From Patescibacteria group bacterium (GTDB lineage Bacteria > Patescibacteriota > Microgenomatia > Daviesbacterales > UBA10151): a DNA stretch of 64,000 nucleotides. The position numbers and the translations under genes were made by a program. This document shows positions 9,667 to 18,070 of the stretch, in pieces; positions within the stretch are counted from its first letter, which is position 1; each line of letters begins with the position of its first letter. The stretch covers positions 32,103 through 96,102 of the forward strand of contig CALRFD010000005.1 in the NCBI GenBank assembly GCA_943356485.1, in the 5' to 3' direction. A model generated the notes under the pieces. The model ran no database searches. It saw nothing but the letters and a program-made list of their open reading frames with translations, and was not told the origin of the DNA.

Positions 9667-10608
9667 ATGTACAAACGCAGTAAGATTGCAGTATCGATTC
9701 CTGCTTATAATGAAGAATCTCTTATTAGGAAAACACTTGAAGCTATCCCATCATTGGTTGATTTAATAGTTGTAGTTGATGATAAAAGTAAGGATAAAAC
9801 TGTTGATGAAATTAAAAAGTGCATTAAGAAAGACAGAAGGATCCACTTGATAGTTTCAAAAAATAACATTGGTTTAGGAGGTACTGTCATAAAAGCGCAT
9901 CAATTTGCCATAGAAAAAAATGTAGATATTATCGTGGTTATGGCAGGGGATAATCAGATGGATTCATCTTACCTACCTTTATTGCTGGATGCGGTTATAG
10001 AGGATAGAGTAGATTTAGCAAAAGGAAATCGTTTTTTTCACCGCCAGGACTTAAAAAAAATGCCAGTTTTTAGAATAATAGGAAATATATTTTTGACTTT
10101 TGTGTCAAAATTTTGTACAGGCTATTGGTCGATTTCAGATCCTATCAACGGGTATACGGCTCTAAAAGCGGAGACCTTTAAAAAAATCGATGTTTCCAGG
10201 ATCTCATCTCGATATGGATTTGAGCCATCCTTGTTAATTGAACTTTCACTTATAAGCGCAAAAGTTAAAGATGTCTTTATACCAGCCCGTTATGGAGATG
10301 AAATATCGAAAGTAAATCTTTTTAAAGATCCCTTTTGGGTAGTTAAAACTTTTTTAAATGGATATCTGATAAGAATCTTTTTAAAATATACATTGTATAA
10401 TTTTCATCCGATCGCGCTTTTTTATGGGACAGGTTTTTTATTTAGTTTTACAGGTTTTTTGTTTGGGATTTATATTGCTTTTAACAGCCTTCTGTTACAT
10501 AAGATTGCCACCCCGGCAACGGTCGTATTATTTGTTGTGCCATTTTTACTGGGGGTACAGCTTATTCTTCAGGCAATTGTTTTAGATATTCAAAATGAGC
10601 CAAAGTAA
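9667..10608 (+). CDS. GT2 glycosyltransferase with C-terminal TM helices (polyprenyl-phosphate sugar synthase-like)
   Basis: The GT2 signature is IAVSIPAYNEE...VVVDDKSKDKT. Two hydrophobic C-terminal helices are present. I placed the start at ATG 9667 (MYKRSK), 1 nt after the upstream stop, rather than at 9589, which overlaps the upstream gene. Confidence 0.75.
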   Translation: MYKRSKIAVSIPAYNEESLIRKTLEAIPSLVDLIVVVDDKSKDKTVDEIKKCIKKDRRIHLIVSKNNIGLGGTVIKAHQFAIEKNVDIIVVMAGDNQMDSSYLPLLLDAVIEDRVDLAKGNRFFHRQDLKKMPVFRIIGNIFLTFVSKFCTGYWSISDPINGYTALKAETFKKIDVSRISSRYGFEPSLLIELSLISAKVKDVFIPARYGDEISKVNLFKDPFWVVKTFLNGYLIRIFLKYTLYNFHPIALFYGTGFLFSFTGFLFGIYIAFNSLLLHKIATPATVVLFVVPFLLGVQLILQAIVLDIQNEPK

Positions 10609-10625
10609 GTTATAGAGTAAATAAA

Positions 10626-11594
10626 TTATACTGAATTTTTTCTGTGCCACCTAATTGTTTTTATAATTCCGTTATCCAGATCTATTTTTGGTGAATAATT
10701 TAGCAGTTTTTTTGCTAAAGCAATATCTCCAAATCTTCTGTCTATATTATCAATTAATCTTTTTTCCGTATAAATAGTAGTAGAATTTGTTGCAGAAATA
10801 TTCTTTATTTTTTTTGCCAGTTGTTTAATTTTATACTCTTTTCCGCCGGATATATTGATAACTTTTCCTAAAGCATCTTTGACGAAAAAGGATTTTATGG
10901 TTATTTCTGCTACATCATCAATATAAGTAAAATCTCTGGTTTGGTTGCCGTCCCCATAAATATATAAAGGGGTGTTTGTTAGCGCGTTATGTATAAATAT
11001 TGAAATAACTCCTCCATAGCGTGAATCCTCTCTCTGTCTTGGTCCATAAACATTAAAATAACGCAGGGCAACAACGGGTAAATTGTATAGATGATGGTAA
11101 GCAATTACATATCTTTCAGCTGCAAGCTTTGATACGCCATATGGGCTTAGGGGAGAGGTTGAATCGGTTTCTTTTTCCGGCAAATGTTCTATATTTCCAT
11201 AAACTGAGGCGGATGAGGCATAAACAAGTCTTTTTACCCGGCTTTTTCGCATCAGTTCCAGCATCAATAATGTTCCTCTAACATTTACCTCCAACTCCAA
11301 TAGCGGATTGGCAGTAGAGAGTCCAATGCCCCGGACAGCAGCGTGATAGATATAATCAACCTTGTTTATATACTTTTTTAGTAGTCTTTTATTGCAGAAA
11401 TCTGCTTTTACAAACTCAAAGTTATGATTTTTAAAAAGGTGTTGGATATTATTTAAAGAGCCCGTATTAAGATTATCAATTCCGTATATATAGGCTCCTT
11501 TTGCAAGAAGCTTTTCTGTCACGAAACTGCCAATAAATCCGGCGCATCCTGTTACGAGAAATTTTTGACCTTTTATATTATTTTGCATAGCCAA
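10626..11594 (-). CDS. NAD-dependent epimerase/dehydratase (extended SDR; UDP-sugar 4-epimerase-like)
   Basis: It has the FLVTGCAGFIGS glycine-rich NAD motif, a YxxxK region (YGVSK) and a typical length (322 aa). Confidence 0.8.
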   Translation of the reverse strand: MAMQNNIKGQKFLVTGCAGFIGSFVTEKLLAKGAYIYGIDNLNTGSLNNIQHLFKNHNFEFVKADFCNKRLLKKYINKVDYIYHAAVRGIGLSTANPLLELEVNVRGTLLMLELMRKSRVKRLVYASSASVYGNIEHLPEKETDSTSPLSPYGVSKLAAERYVIAYHHLYNLPVVALRYFNVYGPRQREDSRYGGVISIFIHNALTNTPLYIYGDGNQTRDFTYIDDVAEITIKSFFVKDALGKVINISGGKEYKIKQLAKKIKNISATNSTTIYTEKRLIDNIDRRFGDIALAKKLLNYSPKIDLDNGIIKTIRWHRKNSV

Positions 11595-12927
11595 TTCTTT
11601 TTGTTACAAAACCTAAATTAGAAAGAGCTTTTTTATTAATGATATTTTTGGTGTCGATAACAATTTTTGTTTTGACTTGAGTTTTTACCATGCTCCAATT
11701 AATTTTTTTAAACGCTTTTTCCCCAGTAGTAATAATAATGCAATCAATTTTTGTAAAATCTTCTTTATATTTAAACCCTAATTTTTCTATATCCTCTTTG
11801 CTAAATTGGGGGTCATTTACATAAACAGTTTTAGATAAACTATTTAGCTCCAAAGCAATTTTTATCCCGGGAGATTTTCTTACCTCTTTTACTCCGGCTC
11901 TATAAGCAATACCTAAAATAAGAATATTTGCATCCTTTAAGGGGATATTTTTTTCTTTTAAGGCCTCTTTAGCTAGATAAATAACATGAGTGGACATCGA
12001 ATCATTAATCTGCCGGCTTAAATTTAATAGAAGATTATTTGTGTTTTCTTTAAGTATAAAATAAGGATATACCGGGATACAGTGTCCCCCGACACCGGGT
12101 CCTGGAGTTAGAATCCGGCAATATGGATTTGTGTTGGCTGCATTAATGACTTCAAAAGCATCTACCCCTAACTCTTTGCAGGAAAGATACAAAGTATTAG
12201 CAAAAGCGATATTAACATCACGATAAACTTCACCCCAAATTTTCACCAGTTCTGCCACAGTTGGATTTTGTACTGAAATAACATCCCGCTTATTAATTTT
12301 TTTATAAAGATATTCTGCTATGCGGGTGGTTTTTAAATCTGAGCCTCCGACTATTTTTGGACAGAGTCTTCCTTCTATGTCTTTAATTGCTGTTTGTGAG
12401 CTGATTCTTTCAGGACAATGCGCTAGTCCAAAATCTTTATTAAGTTTTAAGTTACTGATTTTCTCAAGCATTTTACCAATTACTTGTAAAGTAGTATTTG
12501 CCGGCGCGGTGCTTTCCAGAATAACAATATCTCCTTTTTGAAGACCAGTGCCAATTTTTTTGACTACGTCCTTAAGTAAGCTTAAATCCGGATTATTTTT
12601 ATCATCAAGATAGATTGGAATAATAATTATCTTAATATCTGAGGTTTTTGACGCCTCTACTCCGTCAGTTGTTGCTTTTAAAAAACCTGTCTTAGTGACT
12701 TTTCTAATAAGTGAAGAAAGTCCTTTTTCTTCTATAACTGGGTTTATTCCCTTATTGATAGAATCAACTGTTTTTTTGTTTATATCAACGCCTATAACTT
12801 TAAAGTTATGTTTGGCAAAGACGCCCGCAAGAGGCAGTCCCATCTTACCAAGCCCATAAATAGATATTGTTATATCTGCCGGATTTATATTGTTAAGTTT
12901 TACTCTGGATAAGTTATAAAGTTTCAT
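11578..12927 (-). CDS. Nucleotide-sugar 6-dehydrogenase (UDP-Glc/UDP-GlcNAc/UDP-ManNAc dehydrogenase family; WbpA/WecC-like)
   Basis: It has the N-terminal NAD motif ISIYGLGKMGLPLAGVFA, a catalytic Cys region (GGHCIPVYPYF) and a UDP-binding C-terminal domain. It is 449 aa. Confidence 0.8.
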   Translation of the reverse strand: MKLYNLSRVKLNNINPADITISIYGLGKMGLPLAGVFAKHNFKVIGVDINKKTVDSINKGINPVIEEKGLSSLIRKVTKTGFLKATTDGVEASKTSDIKIIIIPIYLDDKNNPDLSLLKDVVKKIGTGLQKGDIVILESTAPANTTLQVIGKMLEKISNLKLNKDFGLAHCPERISSQTAIKDIEGRLCPKIVGGSDLKTTRIAEYLYKKINKRDVISVQNPTVAELVKIWGEVYRDVNIAFANTLYLSCKELGVDAFEVINAANTNPYCRILTPGPGVGGHCIPVYPYFILKENTNNLLLNLSRQINDSMSTHVIYLAKEALKEKNIPLKDANILILGIAYRAGVKEVRKSPGIKIALELNSLSKTVYVNDPQFSKEDIEKLGFKYKEDFTKIDCIIITTGEKAFKKINWSMVKTQVKTKIVIDTKNIINKKALSNLGFVTKRIGYAK

Positions 12928-12962
12928 GCTACTCTAGTATCAGTATTTGGCATTATACAACA

Positions 12963-14000
12963 ATGATAACTTTACAAAAACCAATTAAAGAAGCCCTTCC
13001 TTCGGTATCTGTTGTTATCCCAACATACAACTCATCTGATTCAATTAAAGAGTGTTTAAAAAGTGTTTTTGATCAAGACTACCCGAAAGAAAATTTAGAA
13101 GTAATAATCGTAGATGGAGGGTCAAAGGATTCAACGCTAGAGATATTGACAGAATTTAAGATTAAACCTTATAAAGTACCGCCTAAGGATCAGGAAGCTG
13201 AATATAATAAAGGAACAGGATTATTATATGCAAAAAATGAGCTGGTTCTTTTTATAGATGCTGATAATATTCTTCCGCATAAAAATTGGTTAAGAAATAT
13301 GGTAAAGCCGTTAATGGAGAATGAGCAAATTGTAGGTTGTGAGGTTTTAAGATTTCACTATAACCCGAAGGATTATATTTTAGATAGGTATTTTGCTTTA
13401 CTGGGAGGAACGGATCCGGTGCCATACTATTTAGGGAAAGATGCAAAGCTGTCCTGGGCTTTTGATAAATATAACTTGCTGGGTGAAAGTAAGGATATGG
13501 GAGGTTATTATTTAGTAAAGTTTAGCGGTAAAAGGTTATCTACCATAGGGGCAAATGGTTTTATCCTGCGAAGAAAACTCTTAAAATTTGTTAAACCCGG
13601 ACCTCTGAATTTTTTTCATACAGATATAAATTTTGATCTGATACAAAAAGGGTTTAATACTTATGCATTTGTTAAAGATGACATAATCCATTTTAAAAGA
13701 ACTAAAATATCATATTTTATAAAGTTTTTGTTAAGACGAAAATATATAATGGAGACCCAATATTTTGAAAGGATCAACAGAAGACGACATGCGGTTTATG
13801 TGGCAGAAACTGACAGGTGGAATCTTATAAAATATATTGTTTACGCAATAACTTTTATTAAGCCGACGTATGATGCAATAAGAGGTTATCGCAAGGTTAG
13901 AGACGTAGCCTGGTTTTTGCACCCGATTGTATGCTTTGGATTTTTGATTGTATATTCCTGGGCAGTTATAGCTAGAACAATCAAAAGAGTGTTGGTATAA
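12963..14000 (+). CDS. GT2 glycosyltransferase
   Basis: It carries SVVIPTYNSSDSI...EVIIVDGGSKDST and a FIDADN DxD-like motif. Confidence 0.8.
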   Translation: MITLQKPIKEALPSVSVVIPTYNSSDSIKECLKSVFDQDYPKENLEVIIVDGGSKDSTLEILTEFKIKPYKVPPKDQEAEYNKGTGLLYAKNELVLFIDADNILPHKNWLRNMVKPLMENEQIVGCEVLRFHYNPKDYILDRYFALLGGTDPVPYYLGKDAKLSWAFDKYNLLGESKDMGGYYLVKFSGKRLSTIGANGFILRRKLLKFVKPGPLNFFHTDINFDLIQKGFNTYAFVKDDIIHFKRTKISYFIKFLLRRKYIMETQYFERINRRRHAVYVAETDRWNLIKYIVYAITFIKPTYDAIRGYRKVRDVAWFLHPIVCFGFLIVYSWAVIARTIKRVLV

Positions 14001-14010
14001 TCAACCAGTT

Positions 14011-14910
14011 ATGACAACAACTTCTTCAAAGATTGTTTTTACTGGTATAACTGGGTTGTTAGGTGGTTATTTTTTAAAAACAAAAAAATCTGGTTACGGA
14101 ATTATTGGCATAGGTAATAAGAATATTTCCCAGAATAATGATAATTTTTTCCAAATAGATATAACAAACAAAAAACAAGTTCTAGATTTTATTAATAAGA
14201 TTAATCCCTCGGTGATTATCCATGCGGCCTCAATTGGAAATGTGGATTATTGTGAAAGAAACCCTGATGAGGCATACAAGGTAAATATAGAAGGAACAAA
14301 AAATATTATAAACGCAGCAAAAAAAGCTAGAGCTAAGATTATTTTTTTATCTTCAAATGCAGTTTTTGATGGAAATAATCCTCTCTACGATGAAAAAGCG
14401 CTTTCTAGTCCGATTGATATATACGGTAAGACAAAGAAGGAGGGGGAGAGTTTAATAAAAATGAGCGGACTTAATTTTGTCATACTTCGTTTAATGACTA
14501 TGTATGGCTGGCCACAAGCAGGAGGGAGAGGCAACCCGGTAACTTGGATTATTGATAAGCTAAAAACAGGCGAGAAGATAAACGTTGTAAGTGATATTTA
14601 TAATAATCATTTATGGGCAGGACAGGCAGCAGAGGTTATTTGGGAAATTTTAAAAAAGGATATAAAAAATGAGACCTACAATATTGCCGGAATGGATTGT
14701 ATAAGCAGGTATGATTTGGCCTTGAAGGTTGCAAAAATTTTTGAACTTGACCCATCTTTAATAACTCCTGTTACCAGCGACTTTTTTAAAAGCATTGCAA
14801 AAAGACCAAAGAACACCTGCTTTAATGTTTCAAAAATGGAAACGCAGTTAGGAATAAAAGCAGTAAGCATTGATGAAGGCTTAGCCCTTATGAGAGAGGA
14901 ATCAAAATAA
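14011..14910 (+). CDS. RmlD-like sugar-nucleotide reductase / SDR (dTDP-4-dehydrorhamnose reductase family)
   Basis: The N-terminus IVFTGITGLLGG, the IIHAAS...D motif, FLSSNAVFDG and the ~300-aa size fit the RmlD substrate-binding-domain family. Confidence 0.65.
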   Translation: MTTTSSKIVFTGITGLLGGYFLKTKKSGYGIIGIGNKNISQNNDNFFQIDITNKKQVLDFINKINPSVIIHAASIGNVDYCERNPDEAYKVNIEGTKNIINAAKKARAKIIFLSSNAVFDGNNPLYDEKALSSPIDIYGKTKKEGESLIKMSGLNFVILRLMTMYGWPQAGGRGNPVTWIIDKLKTGEKINVVSDIYNNHLWAGQAAEVIWEILKKDIKNETYNIAGMDCISRYDLALKVAKIFELDPSLITPVTSDFFKSIAKRPKNTCFNVSKMETQLGIKAVSIDEGLALMREESK

Positions 14911-14960
14911 CTGAGCATTATTCTGGTTGATGAAATTTTGATTTAAGTGATAACTGAAAA

Positions 14961-15734
14961 TTAAGATTTAAAATTTTTCTCAAAATATTCTACGTCTTTG
15001 GGAGTGCCTAAGCCCCAGACTTTAGGAGTAATGGCTGCGACTATCTTCATACCTTTGTTAATTAGTCTTTGGTAAATCGGGGCAACATAAAACTCTTTCT
15101 TTCCTTCATCCCCGGTTAAATCATTTTCAAATATAGCTTCTTCTACTTCTTTAACAAAAACATTTCCATGAGTAAAATAATAACCACCAATATTAGCCAA
15201 AGCCCCTTTTTCTGCCAACTCTTTATCTTTTTCTCCAACTGCGGAAATTATTCCATCTTTTCCAACCAGTGAAAAACTCCATTTAGGATCTTTGTCCGGA
15301 GGTATGAAAACAGGAATAATCCCTTGAGTTTGCGGATCTTTGTTTAAAATTTTGTCATACAAAAAACTGCCGTCAAAATAATGATCAGAATCAGATATCA
15401 ACATATCTTCATCAGAATTGATATATTCTTTTGCCTTCAAAACAGTTTCCGCAGCGCCTTTCGTTATTTGATCAATAAATATTACTTTAATTTGATTGCT
15501 AAACAACTCTTTTAAAGACTGTGATATTTTAAATTCATCTTCCTGATCCTGGCGGCAGATAAAAATAAGGTCACTTGGATTTATCTTAAATTTAGCTAAG
15601 GAATCAATTGCCCAAACAATCATTGGTTTACCTTTAATATTAATCAGTGGTTTAGGTTTTTTATATTCAGGGTTAGAATCCTGGGCATCTAAAAATCTTG
15701 ATCCTCTTCCTGCCATTGGTATAACTATCTTCAT
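14961..15734 (-). CDS. Sugar-/polyol-phosphate nucleotidyltransferase-like protein (GT-A-like NTP-transferase fold), paralog 1
   Basis: The N-terminus is MKIVIPMAGRGSRF...KPL..I.GKPMI and the C-terminus carries GLGTPKDVEYF (a GTPEDL-like motif). It is a paralog of the adjacent gene. Confidence 0.55.
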   Translation of the reverse strand: MKIVIPMAGRGSRFLDAQDSNPEYKKPKPLINIKGKPMIVWAIDSLAKFKINPSDLIFICRQDQEDEFKISQSLKELFSNQIKVIFIDQITKGAAETVLKAKEYINSDEDMLISDSDHYFDGSFLYDKILNKDPQTQGIIPVFIPPDKDPKWSFSLVGKDGIISAVGEKDKELAEKGALANIGGYYFTHGNVFVKEVEEAIFENDLTGDEGKKEFYVAPIYQRLINKGMKIVAAITPKVWGLGTPKDVEYFEKNFKS

Positions 15735-16480
15735 TTTTTACCCTTCTCTGCAAGATTTAAATACCTGTTTAAATCCTCAGGTGTTCCAAGTCCGTGCATT
15801 TGCGATTGTTTAATCTCCCAATTTATTACTTGCCCGCCGGATAATATCATTTCGTTAAAAACCGGGCAAACGTAAAAATCATTATTAAATCTAATATTTT
15901 TTTCAATCAAGGAAAAAGCCGCTTTAACAAATGAAGAGCCTTTTTTAAAATAATAAATTCCAACTGTAGCCTGATCTGAAATAACCTTCTTTTCGGCAAC
16001 TTCATAGACAACTCCATTTTTTCCAACCCTGGCATAACTCCAACGGGGATGATGTGAGTTAAAGGTCATAATAACTCCATCAGCCTTTGATTCCCTGGCA
16101 AATTTAATAAAATGATCGATATCAACATCGATTACCTGATCGGCATTAGCAATAATTAATTCTTCATCATTATTAATGTAGTCAACAGCATTTAATACAC
16201 TGCAGACTGCACCCTGGGTTGTGCCAAATAAGGGGATGGAGATATAGTTGCCTTTGGTGGAATTATTAAAAATCTGATGAAGTGAAAATTTATCATACTG
16301 TTCCTTTTTAGAGATCAGGATAAATTTATGCTCTGTCTTCGGGGTTAGATTTTCTATGACCAGTTGAATCATCGGTTTGCCGTTTATGTCAATTAAAGGT
16401 TTAGGGAAAGTGTATCCGGCCTGGATAAAACTTGTACCGCTTCCTGACATTGGTATAACAATATTTAGATTATTTTTCAT
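15731..16480 (-). CDS. Sugar-/polyol-phosphate nucleotidyltransferase-like protein, paralog 2
   Basis: It has NIVIPMSGSGTSF...KPLIDINGKPMI and a C-terminal GLGTPEDLNRY. It overlaps paralog 1 by 4 bp. Confidence 0.55.
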   Translation of the reverse strand: MKNNLNIVIPMSGSGTSFIQAGYTFPKPLIDINGKPMIQLVIENLTPKTEHKFILISKKEQYDKFSLHQIFNNSTKGNYISIPLFGTTQGAVCSVLNAVDYINNDEELIIANADQVIDVDIDHFIKFARESKADGVIMTFNSHHPRWSYARVGKNGVVYEVAEKKVISDQATVGIYYFKKGSSFVKAAFSLIEKNIRFNNDFYVCPVFNEMILSGGQVINWEIKQSQMHGLGTPEDLNRYLNLAEKGKK

Positions 16481-16483
16481 TTT

Positions 16484-17131
16484 TTAAATTAAGTTTAAAT
16501 CCAAGAACAGTGAAAGGTTTACATCCTCAAATCCTGCAACGGCAATAACTTTAGCCCCGCTTCTTTTTGCAGCTTCTATTCCATGTAGGGCGTCTTCAAC
16601 AATAATAGCTTCACCCGGGTTAATCTTGAGCTTTTTAAAGGCTGCTAGATATATATCCGGTTGAGGTTTAGGTTTATATCCCTCGTCATTTCCTAGAATA
16701 AAATCAAAAAAGTGGCTAATCCCAGCTCCATTTAGCATGTTTAAAACAGAATATTTTTGGGCATTACTACAGCAGGCTAATTTGTACCCTTTATTTTTTA
16801 AAGTTGTGAGCATAATTTGTTTTTCATGGGTAGGGGTGCAAAGTTGTCTTACCCTTTCATCAGTATATTTTCTTTTTAATACTCTTACAATCTCATGTAA
16901 ACCAGTAGGAAGGCCTTTGCGCTCTGATAAAAGTTTAAGTTTTTCATGGGTGGGTAATCCGTTGTAGGTGCTTAAATGTTCTTCCATACCTATCTCATAA
17001 CCGAAGACTTTTAGAGCATCATTTAAAGCTTCGAAGTGCCACTGTGTTGCATCAATTAATACTCCGTCTAAATCAAAAATAATTGCCTTGATCATACCTT
17101 TTGTATAGTATACTATATCTACTTTTTTCAA
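16484..17131 (-). CDS. HAD-superfamily hydrolase (subfamily IA, beta-phosphoglucomutase/phosphatase-like)
   Basis: It has motif I IIFDLDGVLID and a C-terminal GxxDxxxG-like region (IIVEDALHGIEAAKRSGA). The start may instead be the internal Met at 17095 (MIKAIIFDL), which would leave a 39-bp divergent gap. Confidence 0.7.
   Translation of the reverse strand: MKKVDIVYYTKGMIKAIIFDLDGVLIDATQWHFEALNDALKVFGYEIGMEEHLSTYNGLPTHEKLKLLSERKGLPTGLHEIVRVLKRKYTDERVRQLCTPTHEKQIMLTTLKNKGYKLACCSNAQKYSVLNMLNGAGISHFFDFILGNDEGYKPKPQPDIYLAAFKKLKINPGEAIIVEDALHGIEAAKRSGAKVIAVAGFEDVNLSLFLDLNLI
17104..17117. promoter_or_regulatory. Perfect 14-bp palindrome TATAGTATACTATA in a divergent promoter gap (candidate operator)
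   Basis: The palindrome is read directly: 17104-17117 is self-complementary. It lies between the divergent HAD gene (-) and the methyltransferase gene (+), whose downstream genes run co-directionally through 44223. Confidence 0.3.
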
Positions 17132-17134
17132 GAT

Positions 17135-18070
17135 ATGAAATTATCAAACAGCGAATCTGCAATTGCGAAATTTTACTCGGAATATCCATTTCCTAACGTT
17201 GCTATCTACAAAAAGCAGGATCTTTATAAAACTTTAATATATGAGCTTATATATGGGCTAAGCAAAAAATATTTAGACAAGTATAAAAATAAAAAGATAA
17301 AAATATTGGACGCAGGATGTGGCACAGGAGAGTTAAGTTTAGGCTTGGCGGATGGAAGAAGAGATATCCTAGGTGTAGATATTAACAAAAAATCACTTAA
17401 GATAGCTAAGAGCAGAGCCTTGAAATTTAAGATTACCAGTGTAAAATTTAGTGAATTTGATTTTGCCAAAGCAGATTTACCTAAAGATCACTATGATTTT
17501 ATTTTTTCTATAGGAGTACTGCACCATACTGAGAAGCCGGAAAAGAATTTTAGCCGCTTAGTCGAAGCCCTAAAAATTGGAGGCTATATTACAATTGGCA
17601 TCTACAATCCGTTTGGTTCACTAAAGGTAAGACTAAAAAGAGGGATATTAAAAATATTAGCAGGTGATAATTTTGAAAAGAAAATTGAAATCTATAGGAG
17701 GCTGTTTTACCGAAGAGAGTTAAGTATTTCTGAGAAAGTAGCAGTGGCAGATGCTTTTGCTAATCCATACAGGAGATATTATACTTTTGAACAGCTTCTA
17801 AAATGGTTTGAAAGAAATAATATTCAGTTTTTAGACAGCGCTCCTTCTATTGAGCTATCTAAAAATATTAAATTAATAAAGGTAATCTTTAAAAATATTC
17901 TGGCGGGTAAGAAAGTAAGTTTGATGTCAATCTGGCAGGATATAGTTTACAAACATGAACCAGTTAAAAAATGGGAAATTTCAAAACCAGTATCTTTCCT
18001 TACCCAACTTTCCTGGTCTGTTATTGGCAGAGGGGAATTAATTAATATGATTGGCAGGAAAATGAAATGA
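17135..18070 (+). CDS. Class I SAM-dependent methyltransferase
   Basis: It carries motif I ILDAGCGTGELSLGLA and the post-I acidic residue pattern. It is 311 aa. Confidence 0.75.
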   Translation: MKLSNSESAIAKFYSEYPFPNVAIYKKQDLYKTLIYELIYGLSKKYLDKYKNKKIKILDAGCGTGELSLGLADGRRDILGVDINKKSLKIAKSRALKFKITSVKFSEFDFAKADLPKDHYDFIFSIGVLHHTEKPEKNFSRLVEALKIGGYITIGIYNPFGSLKVRLKRGILKILAGDNFEKKIEIYRRLFYRRELSISEKVAVADAFANPYRRYYTFEQLLKWFERNNIQFLDSAPSIELSKNIKLIKVIFKNILAGKKVSLMSIWQDIVYKHEPVKKWEISKPVSFLTQLSWSVIGRGELINMIGRKMK

